DNA of 64,000 nucleotides from Paraphysomonas bandaiensis (taxonomy: Eukaryota > Protista > Chrysophyceae), in assembly GCA_965644295.1 (NCBI GenBank), contig CBFFRP010000424.1, positions 62,001 to 126,000 on the forward strand. Direction: 5' to 3'. Position 1 is the first letter of the stretch. Each line of letters starts with the position of its first letter. The notes below the pieces were generated by a model, which was not told the DNA's origin, did no database searches, and worked only from the letters and a program-made list of their open reading frames with translations. A program made the translations under genes and the position numbers. Of this stretch, positions 11,453-25,690 are shown one piece after another.

Positions 11453-13474
11453 ATGTTCAGGGCATTAACTGGCTTGACTGGGAAGAGTTATTCATATACT
11501 GCGCAACACACTCTATCGTCCTGTATTCGAACCGCTTGTTCAAGACTCATGACATCCTGTATACCCGATAGTGTCGATAAGGAGCAGTACAGCTCATCTA
11601 TTAACTTAATTGCATTAAAGATTCCTGCAAAGCAGTGCAAGTAAGTGTGAAACGGATGTGTAATTTGCCCTCATGTGGAAACAGCAACTACTTGAAAACA
11701 TTTAAATCCTTTTTATTCGAGCGACCGAAGGTGATATTGATATTATTATATGTTTGCATGATGTAATAGTGCTCTCAAGACAAGGAGGATATATGATGTG
11801 CCCGACGATCCTGACCACAGGCTGGTATTGCTGTCTGAAGAGGTAGTCGCATCATCGTTTCACACTACTTTGAATTAACTTATATTTGTCAGATATCCGA
11901 CCTGGAACTATCAACGCTTCCGGAGGAATTGAAAAAGTTTAACGAGGCTCAGGGTGGTACCTCTACACGTTTCACCCTGAAAGTGGGATACGATGAGCTG
12001 GCAGTTGATGAGGTAAAAATGCAGAGTGTGCTGTTGTACAGTTGACTAGATTATTCGTAGGTGCTTGCCAAGCTACTTCCGACAAATATTACCGAGCGAC
12101 CCTCTTCCTTTGAGCAAGTAAGATTGGAGACGTTATCTATTTTAGTAACCACATTTGTCTAATATAATTGGAACCTACAGGCAGGTCATTTAGCACACCT
12201 GAATTTGAGGGAGGAAGTGCTACCGTACAAGCATCTTATTGGCCAAGTCATTCTAGATAAAAATCCCCGATTGAAGACGGTAGTGAATAAAATTGGAAAT
12301 ATCGAGTCTGAATTTAGAACATTTCCTATGGAGGTAAGCGAGGCCGTAATTGGAAAGGTTCTTGAATTTTTCTCGATGTTCTGAATTATAATTGCTTGTA
12401 ATGTATTGTGCACCCGGGGTTATAGTTCCTGGTGTGGTCTTTACATCCCAGTTGTTGTGTTCTAGCTTATAAAGATGGCCACAGGTTATTGCAGGTGAAG
12501 AAGATTTTAATGTAACTGTTAAGGAGTGCGGGTCGACTTTCACTTTCAACTTCAAAGATGTCTATTGGAACAGTCGGTAATCCTTTTTTTTATCGGTACC
12601 TTCCACTTAACTCTAAACTATAGACTTTCGACAGAGCATCAACGTCTTATTGATGCAATTATTGCTAATGTCACGTCGACAGAGGTAAAGAGTGCCAAGC
12701 AGACCACGGTTGGGTCCCCTGCTTCTCCTGCAACGAAGAAAGCGCGAGTGTCATCACTCAGTGTGGTGGCTGACATGATGGGTGGCGTTGGTCCCTTCGC
12801 TGTACCATTGGGCAAGTCTCAGACATGTGAAGTTCACTGCAATGGTAAGGGCATGACTAATGTTGCAAACTGTATAGCATTTTAAAGATGCTGACGTATA
12901 AAATAATTACTCTTACAATGTAATATGTGTGGTAGATCTGAATCCGGAGTCGTACAAATATATGCTAGTCAACGCGAAGAAAAATAAATGTCTTCCATGC
13001 TACCTCTCGTGTTACAACTTGGACGGCAGAGAGTTTATTAAGCACATGGCTAGTATTAATAAACGGGTGGACCATGCTATCATGAATCTTCCTCAAAATG
13101 CAACAGATTTCTTAGATGTGTTCATCGGGTACTCTCGACGGTACGGTGATGACGGAACACAACGTGACGTATCGCACTTGCTCCCCGTAGTTCATGTATA
13201 TGCCTTCTCGACTTGTATTGAGAACAGCTCCACAGCTGTGGCAGATGTGGCTGAGCGTTGCGCTGGGATACTGAGGTGCACTGTGGAGGAACTGGGTACA
13301 CAACGACTCGTGCAACCGGAGGGATCTAAGCTTAGAGATACAACCAGTGCCGATAGGTCTTATTATGATTCTTGTTGGGGTCATGTCGTAAGAGATGTCT
13401 CACCACATAAGCGAATGATATGCCTTAGCTTTAGGATTCCAACATCTGTAGCGTTGGCGGAGCCCGTGGTTTGA
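11453..13474 (+). CDS. TRM5: tRNA (guanine37-N1)-methyltransferase, multi-exon
   Basis: [68 protein letters not shown]. Confidence 0.93.
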
Positions 13475-13809
13475 CGTGCGTACCTTAACCAAAGATGAAT
13501 GTATATTTTAGGAGTGTATTCAATGGAGCACAGCTATATATTGTGTTTTGGCAATTTAAATTTTAAGCCTCTATTGATTTTCGATTACGACTAGTATAGG
13601 TGAATTTTAGATAAGTTATTGGCTATGGTAGCAATATTACTATTATGTTAGTTATTTCGAAATCCCTTTAACTACAACAATGAGCACGTATTAATAACAG
13701 AATAGTGGTAACACTAAAGGCGCGTACTTTCACAATTACATAGAGGATGTAAACAGTTTTCACGTAAATTTGTGTGTGTATGATGCATGAATATGGCGAA
13801 TTTCCAGGC

Positions 13810-14583
13810 TTATAAATTTACGAACTGAAAATTCTGAGATTTCAAATCCAGTAACTTCTCGCTCCTACGAATATTTTCAAAGTGAACTCGTTTGGAGACT
13901 GCATTATGCAAACCGCATAGAGAATTATATTCCACTAATGAAAGAATCTGCCGTCGTGTCAGCAATACGTCTGTCTGAGATCCTGTGTCCCTATCGATTG
14001 CGCGTGCCGTCAGCACGATCGATCCACGACAGCTTTCTTTCATAAGCACCATACAACCGGCGGAGTTCTTTGCTAACTGTGTTTGGGCGCTCATATTATC
14101 GTCGAAGTAGGCGTACAAATTGCAACCGTCATAGTCACTCGAAAACCCAGGTACCACGCAGCCAGATGGGCCTGTCGGCCAATTATATCTTTCTGAGAGT
14201 ACTCGGCGAGTATTATCATCAATTCCTAGAGCGGATGGCCCATACTTCACTACTACATCATCTAACTCCTTATCAGCTTCAATCCCACGAGTTGTATTCC
14301 AAAATTCTTCCTCGCTTTGACCCTCCATACCAGGCGATAAGACGATATACTTATACGGCACATCCAGTTCCTTATCAGTGCATCTATTGTTCACACTCAT
14401 AAATTCCTCTTCATTTGGTGGCTGTGGAGTGAGAGTCTTGCATGTTTTCTTGTGACAGGCCTTCCAATGAGCTCTCTGACACTCTGTATTGCAGTAAACA
14501 CACACCTTGCATTTGGAACAGGCCAGTAGAGTCGGGAGGGATGCACTACAATGCGTGCAGCATCTGTTACGAACAGGAAACAT
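13810..14583 (-). CDS. Intronless MYND zinc-finger protein with an unknown C-terminal domain
   Basis: CTHC...CSKCKVCVYCNTECQRAHWKACHKKTC. Confidence 0.85.
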   Translation of the reverse strand: MFPVRNRCCTHCSASLPTLLACSKCKVCVYCNTECQRAHWKACHKKTCKTLTPQPPNEEEFMSVNNRCTDKELDVPYKYIVLSPGMEGQSEEEFWNTTRGIEADKELDDVVVKYGPSALGIDDNTRRVLSERYNWPTGPSGCVVPGFSSDYDGCNLYAYFDDNMSAQTQLAKNSAGCMVLMKESCRGSIVLTARAIDRDTGSQTDVLLTRRQILSLVEYNSLCGLHNAVSKRVHFENIRRSEKLLDLKSQNFQFVNL

Positions 14584-15092
14584 AATGATGTTACTACACT
14601 TCCATAAATAGAGAGCTGCTGATTGCAGACCAGCGCCATCTCATGCATATAGACATACACATATATATATATGTGCATACACTCACAGCTGGCAAGTTAC
14701 TAAAAGCCAATTAAATAATTACATCCAATTTTGATTCGCTGATAATCACTACTGTCCAAGTTGGGACAAACCGACTGCCGCTTACTTTCTTATAATCGTT
14801 TCGTCAGTGGTTGATTACATATGAAACTACACGCAGGTAGACAGACACTCCGCATACTCCATATAGAACGAAGTGAAAGTGAAAGGATTTTAATAATGAA
14901 GTGAAGTGAATGAGTGTCCCCAATAGATATTAACGTAAGGTTGAAGGGCTACTGGTGTTCTAGTAGCCTCTAGTAGTACTCCGTGTGATCCCCTCATACT
15001 GATATTACATACATAACCACACCTCTATAGCGGTCACTGTGTTGCCATTAATTAACAGTCAGCTTCATATATTTAACAGCTCTGATTGAGAT

Positions 15093-18000
15093 ATGAATCA
15101 GTACGACGGGAAATTTAATCGAACTAATCAGAGTTTCTTCATGAAATGGGACACTCATGATAGAAGGGCTCGGTTTAATAGTGATAAGACAGGTCCGTTT
15201 ACATGGAAGGAGAGGGATCGACTATCTCAGAGTATGACCACCCGACAGATACTCGACACTGTAGAATATAAGGTCGAATGAGGTGCTTGTGTTCGGGTGA
15301 GGCTCATATGATCGTTACAGGAGGATAATAATGCACGGCGTAACCGTAAATGGAAAGAAATTAGACACTTCTGGAAGGTCAGTGCCAATAGAGGAGTTCG
15401 TAGACTATGTGTTACTGTATGTGCTCTAGATGACACACGACTCTAGAGATCACCAAGGCAATGTAGAAAATGCGTTCTGGATGTACGGATTTAAGCCTAT
15501 TCCTGTGGTATGTATCCTTTACTCACTCTACAGGATGTTTTAATCGCGTGATTGTTTTGTAGACACAATTCGTGATGGCACTCTCGAACGAATTCAAATT
15601 TAAAGAAGATGTTCAGATGGAGAATCACATTAGGTCTCCTTAACGAATTTATATTTTCTGTCTTTACACTATGCTTTCAGGTGGCTGTACTATTCTCTTG
15701 AGGGAGGCAAAGAAGGATTGTAAGTTCGGTCAATTTGTCGTTTAGTATTGCAAAATTATTTACGTTGGTTAGATCGGACTGGAGGGAGCTCCTTTGCGGA
15801 TTAACGACCATTACATTCTTTCGTATGATCAAATTGCGTCCAGAGGAGCTGCTCATCCAGCTCTTCCAGATATACTCCTTTGGCGCCCATAAACACACTG
15901 ATTCAAGAGGTTGAGGAGACATATATTTCTGTCAGCTAGCTAAGTAATTTATCTTTCCCCATGCAGATGACATGTATATTACGAATAAAATCGAGATGCT
16001 GAAAATATTCTCCCTCCCCGTTATCACAGGTTTGTCTTACTTTTTCTGTCTCGGTGGTGCTAACTGCTGATGCTCAAGATTATGAAGGCAGTACTTTGTT
16101 AGACTTCTACACAGATGCGACTGCCCATTTTCCACCTGAAACGCGCATATATCGCCCCGAGTTCAGGAGGATGCTCATGAACAACAGGTGCGAATGAGAT
16201 TGTTGCAGACTTTCAAACTTTTTATCTGCTACCGACAGACCTCTGGTAAAGTACTGGTGTGATCTTCTGTGGAAGCAGATACCATCAGGTACCGAGATAT
16301 TGCCCATAGTTAGTATGTTCTGTGTGTTGCTCAATGTAGAAATATATGACATAACATTCGACTGTAGATTTGCGACTGACAGCACTGGACGAAATTGAAT
16401 ACGAGTTAATCGTCCATCGAGAAGCAAAGATAATGGAGTACTTATGGAGAAGGGTGAGTTGGGCGTGTATTTTATGTGGGTCGTACAGTATAGTTATATT
16501 TCCCACGGTGTAGTGGACTAAATTACCTTCCATGACGCTAGTATGACATCATCTTGTTGCCCATAGGCTATAGAGCACAAGGAATTTCACACTTACAGGG
16601 AGGTGTTTCGTGGTTGGAGGAGGGTCTGCGTCAGTTCTGCCCTAGTCACTCGTCAATTAAAGGTTGTGTTGTCAAGGTATATGCACATACTGAATTTCAC
16701 ATTCGGTGGTGTGTTCTTACCGAATTGATATAGGAAATCGAAGAGATTCTTCATCTTCTGGCATAAGTATTCGTGTTTTAAACATCAAAAGCGACGGAGG
16801 CGGCTGCTGGCTGAAGTGATGGGGTCCTACGCACTAAAATCTCGCGCTTTCTATCGCATTAAATTGTTCAACTACATTAATAGAAATATTCTTGTTGTCG
16901 TCGGGCACTACGAAACTAATCAGAAGGTATGCCTTAAAATAGTAATGCATATCGAGGAGATGTACAGTAAACTGTTTTCGGCAGATTGCTGCTGAGGGTT
17001 TTGCGAAACTTCGGTGGGCTAGGACAAAGCACTCTTTACGAAAGGCGCTACATAGGTATGAACGCAACGATGTGTACGCCATGTCAGAGTGTATGACACG
17101 ATGCACTATGTTTCGACTGTATTGTAGCTTTTCTGATTTACTTTAATGATACGTGTGGTACAGATGGCATGATATTGTGGGTTGGGAGCTGAATAATGAA
17201 ATGGCTGATCGTTTCTTTTTTGATAAAACAATGAGTATGTCTTGTGTTCTTCATTCGAATATCGCTTATGTCGTTACTGCAGCCAAGTGTGTGAGAGAAT
17301 GGTCAAATTTTGCCTTGGGGAAAGCTAAGGAGAAACGCGCAGAAATGATGGCACTTGAAAATCAAAATGCATTGCGGGATATGTTAATAGAAACAGAGGA
17401 AAATGCAAAGATGCTGGTTCAGCTTGAGTTAGAGAAGAAACAAAAGCAAGAGGAGGCTGCGAAGAAGGTAGATGTTTGCGTGAAGAGCTTACATGGTTGC
17501 ACTATAGATTTCCAAAGAGATGCATGACTGTGATGCATGATTCTGATTTGGAACGATTTAGGCTAAGCAAGATGCCATGGCGTATCGAAGACGAATTGCG
17601 CGACAGAGGGCACAGGTATTGGCTCACTACGTTGCATGTATTTTTCTTCCTGTTGAGACGATGCGACATGAGTACTTATTGTTGAACTCTTTGTTCTTAA
17701 GGCGGAGAGGCAGCAGGAGCAGAAAATGATTGAAATGATGCAGCGAGATCTTCGACGACGTACTGTTGAGAAGCAGATGAAAAAACTAACGAAGAAGTTT
17801 AACAAAGAGTGGAAGAAAAAGGTAATGTTCGTTTGTATTGTCACATCAATTCACTGTGGACTATATTGTAGGAAGAAACCATGATAGAAGGCGCAATTGA
17901 GCGCGCGAAGGAGTACTTCGCGAGCAAAGAAAATAAAATCGATATTAAAATTCGCTTCGACCGACTGAAGAAAGCATTTTTTGCCCCCCCTTCAGTGGAT

Positions 18001-20276
18001 AATCGGGATCGTGAGAAGATAATTACGTCTGTCAAGAATATTGTGTTTTTGTTTTTAGAGGCTAAGATGACTTCAGCTGGAATGAAATTAAAAGACCTAA
18101 TTCCACAGTTTGATTTGGACGGAAAAGGTGCATTTAAATGGAACGAGCGGGAATTTATTTGACTGTATGTTATATCTCAGGGTATTTGTCATACGATGAA
18201 TTCAGAACTGTGGTCCGATCCCTGGAATGCAATATTACTGAGAATCAAATAACGGAGGTGATTAAAGGCGTAGACACGGACAATGACCAGTATATAGAGC
18301 TCTCTAAATTAGAGGAGGTAGAGTATATCGATTGCGTATGGTGCCCTATAATCTTTTGCTTCTCCAGGCTATGGAGCCAGTCAAGCATATGGGCGTAGAG
18401 TTGTCTCCTTGGAAGTTTTATGTGGATCCTGCCCAGGTAAATAGTATAGTGTGCAGTGTAAGTTTTCTACGATAACTGTCAGCTTGTTCGCACTCTTAGG
18501 ATGTGCTTTGCTATCACAACTTCAAAACAGGAGAGAAAGTATTGGAACACAAGATGAAGGATAAGATATTAATGGATGTGGTGAAAGAGAATATCATTGC
18601 CGAGTATGTGCTGGAGTGCAAGCAGTTTGTCGCAGGTATTTAACTCCTGACAAACATTTGACAGTCGGAGCAACCGAAAAACTGAAATATAGTGTATACT
18701 TCGTTTAGGAATAGATGACAACGTTGTGATAATGAATTGGCGCATGTATATGTGGATAACTAATTTGAATATGATGTCTTCAGTTGAAAAGGAGAAGGAC
18801 TGGCAAGCACGATTGGAGCAAATAATGGCACAGAGAATTCAGAATATGGCACATCTTTGGTTCGGTCGCCGCATGAGAGAAAAGAATGCATGGAAAGCAG
18901 AACAACGAAAAGCAACTGAAAGAAGGTAGGGGGCAGTAAAGTCAAATTGTTTTCGACCTCCAATTAAAATTTGACCCAGTCATAATAAGCAAAAGGTCGT
19001 GACCTTCATAGCTCGGCGTATGCGCGGCTATAGATCTCGGTGCAGATTCGAGTACGTTAACGGCTGCCCAACTCTAGTGAGTCTCATATTTAATTTTTTT
19101 GTACTGCAAATAGACTTGAGCTTCACCGCACATGGGAAAAAGTTTACGACCTTGAAACTTCGAGACTTTTCTGGTACAATCATCAGTCGCAGGTGTGTGT
19201 CGTTTGTTACGTCGAAATCGAAAGTCATACAGAAGCTAAAAATATATCATTTCAAACTAGGAATCTACCTGGGACCGGCCGCTGTTGTTAGGCCGATATG
19301 GTGACGTTGAGAATCCTCCTCCTTGGGTGGCCACGACACCAGCTGAGGGATTACAGGTATGTAATTGGATGATAGAAGAAGATTGTACTCAGGCCTATTG
19401 TCTTGCGTTGTTGTTTACTCAACTTATGCGGTTACATATTGTACAGGGCAGTCAAACGACTGTGCACTACTGGCATGCCGTAGCCAAGCGCTCTCTCCCG
19501 GTAAAAAATATCGTATCACGCTCCCAGTTCTGTACCTAATATTGTATTCATCGCTTTCAGAAAAAACCTGATGGTTATCCATTGTGCCAGAACTGCTGCC
19601 GTAACCTAGCATCGAGGTGGAATTCAATATTGAACTTCTTTTGCAATGACTCAGCAGCAGTTAACTGATATCATCTGATTTATATGTATAGGAAATGTAT
19701 CGACTGCTCAGAGAAAAAAGTTTCACATGACGAGGAAGCAGTTATGACGCTCTTCTGTTTTACATGTCATCGGTAAGTTCCCCGCTGCGAAAAATCTAGT
19801 GTAGTCATAATATATTGCTCTGCATTTCTTCATAGTGAGACGCACGGAGCACCTCTTGGCTTTTTCCAGCGCAAGCGTCCCTCCAAATTACAATACTTTG
19901 ATCCAGGTAGTTGTCAATGGGTTGTCTATCATTTTCATATGTATGAAATTATATATCTACGCCTATTTATGTGTCACATGTTTAGACTTCATGTCGAGGA
20001 TGTCCATGTCATTCCACCGCTGGTATGTGGTTAAGCCACCAGTGTGTGAGCTTTGCAATAGCACCCGCATACACGCCGCTATATACTGCCAGGACTGCAA
20101 GAAGAACATTTGCCGACCATGCTTCAGAAAGTATGTACTATATGTGTCATGGCTGCTGTCTCTCTGTTGCACTGCATGTTTTGAAGACCTGGGTGATGTT
20201 TATCTTTTGACTTACGCTTTAATATAGGGTACATTCTACTGGCTCATACTTGCAGCATATTTCATGGGAGATTTGA
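15093..20276 (+). CDS. Large multi-exon protein with Sfi1-like W repeats, coiled coil, an EF-hand pair, WW/IQ-like motifs and C-terminal B-box-like zinc fingers
   Basis: FDLDGKGYLSYDEF and VDTDNDQYIELSKL EF-hands; PWKFYVDP...YHNFKTGE and FFWYNH...STWDRP WW-like motifs; IARRMRGYRSR IQ-like motif; CELC...AAIYCQDCKKNICRPCF...H. Many short GT-AG introns. Confidence 0.75.
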
Positions 20277-21361
20277 CCCGTTAGTGTATTAAATAGATTA
20301 TTGTGTTGTGACGTTAGCTGTGTGTTTTGTTGACCTTGTATGGAATTTCATAAATGTATGTAAATGTGCAGCTCTATGTCGTATGAACGATGAATGAAGC
20401 TTTGGTAATGTTACCTATTTATGGCTTCACTGTAGTAATTACTTCACGCAAAATACCTCAGTTTCACATTTACATATATATATATATAACGGACTATTTC
20501 AGCAGCTCTCACATTGTTCTTGAAGCATACCTCTATGTTACTTGTAGTGTCGTACGTACTCAAATAACCAATAACAGGTTATCTTGCATACATTTTGGGA
20601 TGATTGTGTGACGGCACTATACTCCGTAGCCCAATTTGAGGATAGACAATTACACATACATACACACATTATATTTTCTATCTGGCAATGTTTTGTTGAC
20701 GGACCATGCTGTTGCTTTGATCAGTGAATATGATAAAATATGTTGAGCTCTACAGTATGGTGCGATATATAATATATATTGTGCAATTGAAGTGAGTTAA
20801 TAGTGTACAATAGGTGAAATTAACTCATTGGTGTAACGGTTAAAATTCAGTTACTGATATATGCTTAGTCTGTGGCCTATTGAATTTAGTTAAATCCCAT
20901 ATTTTTGGGTGTTTTGGACATATTTGAAATTTTGTTCTGGTTATGTTAGTGATGCACACATATAATTTCCAGTTGACTTATAGAAGACAGTTCCTTTCAC
21001 TATTATTAACTTAATTATTAACTAGCATTTTCTATATATAAGATGTGGAGTTACTGATGAACTTATGGTAAGCAGATGTTTATGAGAACAGATGTTTACC
21101 AGATGATGTTACATGAATATGTTTTGAATTTTGTTCGTTGTATCCAACAAAGCAAGGTTTAGATTTACGTGCAGGGCAAGGTTAAATTTAGTGTAATGTA
21201 TAATAATGTCGTATATATACCAAGAAGATGGAGCAGACGAGCATAAAAATAGCCATACTTGTTATTTGTGAAGAATAGATGGTAGATGTGCATATAACTC
21301 AATCAATTGTTAGTCCTTCCTGAATGGTTTATATAGTATGCAGTACATTTGTATATTATAT

Positions 21362-21905
21362 TGAAAGTCTTATTATTTAGCAATAGACGTTAAAAACCTG
21401 CACCAATGTAGTGGCTAGTTGAATGCTAGACATACTATTTAGACCTCTACCCATAACTAATCAGCACAAATTCTATTATCCTACTATTTAGCGCTACAGA
21501 AGCTGCTTGTGCGTCGCCGCAAGCACCAAGGTGCGACCACTTCCGTTCTTGATGTTGATTGCGAGTTTCGCCCTGATCGTGTGTCCTAGAACTCACTGGC
21601 GCGTGTTGTCGGGGGGTCTCCCCTTGGGGTGAGATTCCACCAGGCTCTAAGGTACAGGGTTCTGTATTAAGGTCCTGAGTGTACCGAGCACTAGATGTAT
21701 GTGCTGAGAGGTGGATGGTGTGGTGGAATGTGGCGTTGTCTCAGTGCGCCGTTTGGGCGTCAGGCATAGGTGGAGTTGCCGGAAACGGCGTCGTTGTCTA
21801 GAGCCTGAAGGTTTCAAGCGAGCCGGTGATATGTTCCTGTATGTATGAGTGGTGGGGTTTGTGTGGGCGGTGGTTCAGTCTCGGGTCGTCTATGGCTATA
21901 CACAT
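21362..21905 (-). mobile_element. 5'-truncated LINE-like element sharing its 3' tail with R1
   Basis: 21362-21550 matches the R1 tail, then continues with a different GC-rich body. The first ~25 bp of that body also appear in the copy at 39828-40054. Confidence 0.6.
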
Positions 21906-22467
21906 CAGGTATTATATTTTAGAAATATATGGATCTAGTCTTGAAATAGAAATGGAATATGGAGCACTACTAATTTCAACAACTAGGGCTTTATGCAATT
22001 TTGAGTATAGCCACTTTAGAGCCCGTGCTTAAATATATCTATAATATGGAATGTATTGTAGCGTACAGGGGCAAACATAAAGTAGTACACTGTACTGTTT
22101 ACACTACTTTAGTAAGTAGTCTGGTCTATTCCGCTTAAATTACCTACTTATAGACAGTACACATGTAATAGATTCTCGTGTTATCCGAAGTGAATTGATC
22201 TAAAACAAATATCACGCACAGATCACATGTGAGTAAAGTATTGAAATAAGCATAGAAGTGATACATTTATTCGGTAGCACACCAAAAATTGTACAGTTAT
22301 GAAATGACTTCGCTTCAAATTATTCCTACATGAGCGACTTATTATTAACGCGTTTATACCAAAAACACGGAAACTAGAAGCTAAATATAATACCAAGATA
22401 CAGTGACATTCAGAGGGGAAAGCGAGCATTCAATTTACAACAACACAAACTGACGTATTCCACGCAA

Positions 22468-22682
22468 CTAGTTTCCTGTGCGACAGTTAAAGCAGACATT
22501 AATATGAGAAGAATCCACACACCTTCCATGTCATTAACTTTCTTTTGGAAGTACTCTATGGAGAACTGAACGATGTCCTGAGGGTTGGCTTTAAGGACAG
22601 CTTTGGTGTACTCCTTAAGAATGAGAGCCAGCTCCGGGTGCACCTCGATCTGATCTGCTGAAAATATTCTCTCCACGTCCAT
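22468..22682 (-). CDS. 55-aa RIIa dimerisation/docking-domain micro-protein (ropporin/RSP11-like), 2 exons
   Basis: MDVERIFSADQIEVHPELALILKEYTKAVLKANPQDIVQFSIEYF. GT-AG intron 22476-22522 gives ...MEGN*. Confidence 0.8.
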
Positions 22683-23097
22683 AGTTCGATTTATATGATG
22701 CGCAGTGGTGGTTCTGTTGCTATCTGTTGATGTCAAGTGGACGAGATGGTCAGTGTGTGTATGTGTCTCCTCAGGCTCATCTATGTATGTATGTATGTGT
22801 CTGTGTGCCTCTCTACGTGTATACATACACACACACACACATACACACAGAGTTACACTAACGATCACTGCTGTTTTTTTATATGGAGCGTTTCACCTCT
22901 GCTGGTTCATCCTCATCATCAGCAGTATCTACCCTATTCTTCCTGTACCCATAGACATATACAGCAGTACATACAGTAGGTATATAGGTACTATTGTACA
23001 CACAGCAGTATCTGTCCATACGGATGAAGATGGATACACTCATATACCCGTATGCGTGTATATACGGCACAGTAGATCACTGTCGAGTTAACTGCGT

Positions 23098-24742
23098 ATG
23101 GATGCATACACACACAGATCACTGACAACATCCGATCTATCAATGCCTCAGTTTGTTCCTGTGGTTGATGATGAGACTCCCCGTCAAGAGAGGAGGAAAG
23201 GACATGTGGATGTGAGTGTGCCGCCTGTAGATAGAGGGTGGGAGCAGGGTCAGGTGGGGTGGGGTGTGCAGGGCTCATTCGGGTCCAGAGACAAAGATAG
23301 TGTCGCTCAAGGCTGTGTTCATCGAGTGAAGACAGAGAGCAAGATGGTTAAGAATGAGAAGGGCTTATGGGTTAAAGTTAAGACCACAGGAGGGGGCAGT
23401 GGACCCATGGGGAGAGGAGGAGGGGGCAGTGGACCCATGGGGAGAGGAGGAGGGGTGCCTCTCTTCAACTCAATGCAAGAGAGTTCTCTTGATGGACCTG
23501 TGATGACGTCATACGACCCTCACGACTATGTGAGCCATTCGAAGAAACGCACAATGGTCACGGAGCCCGATCATGCCTCTACTCGCCAGGAAGAACACGG
23601 TCGGCATAGGGATACTCATAACAAAAGAAGAAATGAAGACTATGAGGGGCCGTCTCGTGGTCGCAGTCGCAGTTGCAGCAGAGAAAGAACTAGGCGTCGA
23701 GATCGATCTCAGAATAAAGGGTACAGACGACGAGATCGGTCTCATAGTGGCGAGAGGCATAGGCGACGGAATAGATCTGGTAGCAGAGAAAAGCGTAGTA
23801 GACGGGATAGATCACGTAGTAGAGACAGGCACCGACGGCAGGGCAGATCTCGCAGTAGGGAAAAACACAGGCGGCGGGATAGATCTGATAGTGGGGAGAG
23901 ACGACGATTGAAAACGACAGAGCGAACTGATAAGGTGGAGGATTATAGAAGGGTTTGCAAGTCTCCAATAGATAATGCTGGCGAAGAATATGAGGAGTCT
24001 AATAACGAGGACAGAGGAGATACGGAGGAGATTGCGTTTACTTTTACGGCTGTCCAGATTGTTAACAGGTTTTTGGAGGTATTTTTCTTGTGTTTGTTGA
24101 AATGCTACCCTTAATACAGCTGTGTGATGAACATTTAATGACACTCTACTATATGGGATTTAATCACTTAACTCTATATCTTATTCTAAATCTGGATTAT
24201 GTTACACTCATGTATCGTATAAACAGGTTTTCTCATCACCAGTATGCGACTCAAGGTCTCGCGCTATGGAAGAATTATTCTCCCAACTTGCTTGCATTGC
24301 AAGCCTCAAGAGCAACGTTGTCCATTTAGACGGTAAAGAGGCTATCTGTAAATCACTTCTAAGCGCCGCCAGATCTGATGCCATACCATCGAAGCGTGTG
24401 TTTGTGCACCCTGATGAAGAAAGTGAAGGCGATAAGACACCTCAATCTTTTTGTTTGGACTTTCATAGGGCCGGTCAATCTCCAGCTCTTGGAGATCAAT
24501 CCAAACCGACTGTGCTGCTATATCAGTGTGACAGCCGTCACATTATTCGTGTATGGGGAGCGGTTGACAAAGAGAATATATCGAATCGCTCTGGTATGAC
24601 TGCTCGTGATGTCTATGGATCACAAGCATGGGAAATGGCATGGCGACACATTTCGAACGCAGTTCCAAGCATAGATAAGGTACTTGTGGAGGAAGAATGT
24701 GCACACTTTCATGATTACGATTCTATTGACGTGTGGGGTTAG
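23098..24742 (+). CDS. RS/RD-rich protein with a C-terminal globular (possibly NTF2/SnoaL-like) domain
   Basis: Repeated RRRDRSRS units; duplicated GGGSGPMGR; intron ~24079-24227 links to the 24266-24742 frame. Confidence 0.7.
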
Positions 24743-25038
24743 ATAGACTGAGATTATTCCGTATATAAAAAGATAATATATTGCTTTTATGTGAGGCGGA
24801 ATGTGCAACCCACACCCGCCTTTAGTCCTAACCCTCTAAAAGTATGGATGTAGATTAAAAATGACCTATTGTTTAGAGCTAGTTATTGAAGTTAGATATA
24901 ACTATTAACCTTGAAAATGCATGCAAAGGGCAAAATCTCACATAATATTCATGCAGTTCTTGTGTACATCAGTACTACTTTCCTTTTGTTTGTCATATGT
25001 ACTCTAGTCAACCCAATACTAAAAAGTACTAATTATAT

Positions 25039-25138
25039 CAGGGCCTGGTAACCATTAATTGCAGTCCAGGTCCCGTCGATAATAATGGCATTATTATTAA
25101 TGAGTATTATTGCTTAACATTAGCGTTGTCAGGCCCTG
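25039..25138. mobile_element. 100-bp hAT-type MITE, same TIR family as 7910-8011
   Basis: cagggcctggtaacc ... tcaggccctg; TSD aattatat / aaatatat. Confidence 0.85.
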
Positions 25139-25194
25139 AAATATATCATATATACTCCCTTTGTAACTAAAGTCCCCTCAATAAAGTCGGGCTC

Positions 25195-25690
25195 GCCTGT
25201 GATGCAATCTTCACGGATGCAATCTTCAGGAGTTCCTTGGGCCACGCCGCCTCATGCATGTTAGTTCTCACACGCGATATCACTCCAGTGGTGCGGCGAT
25301 AGTGTGGTTTCCACAGGAGTGCGATTGGGGATGTGATATACCAGGCAATGATCCGTATGCGTATGAACTACTAGCAGTTGTCGTAGCTCTCATTATACTC
25401 TCCTCTGAGGAGTCACGAGCCGCCCACATTCCTACTAATACAGATGATAAGGCTGTATGCATGAGAATATGAGAACTAGAGAAGCCCTTTCCACACGAGG
25501 ACGTGCGCTAAGACATCGCACTTAAAGAGTTTTCCTCGAGAGCATCGCGCCTGCAAAGACGTGTACCAATAGGAACATTAATTGGGTTTGCTCACACGCA
25601 CGACTTACGAAACTGAATGGACATATGAAGACAAAAAGGAATTTACATTATCAGACACGGTCGCAGGCGGTGGCTGGTTAGAGGTTGACC
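25195..25690 (+). mobile_element. Degenerate RNase H fragment of a non-LTR retrotransposon
   Basis: Motifs in RNase H order across frameshifts and stops: IFTDA, GAAIVW, AYELLAVVVAL, TNTDDKAV, INWVCSH, LSDTVAG. Confidence 0.7.
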
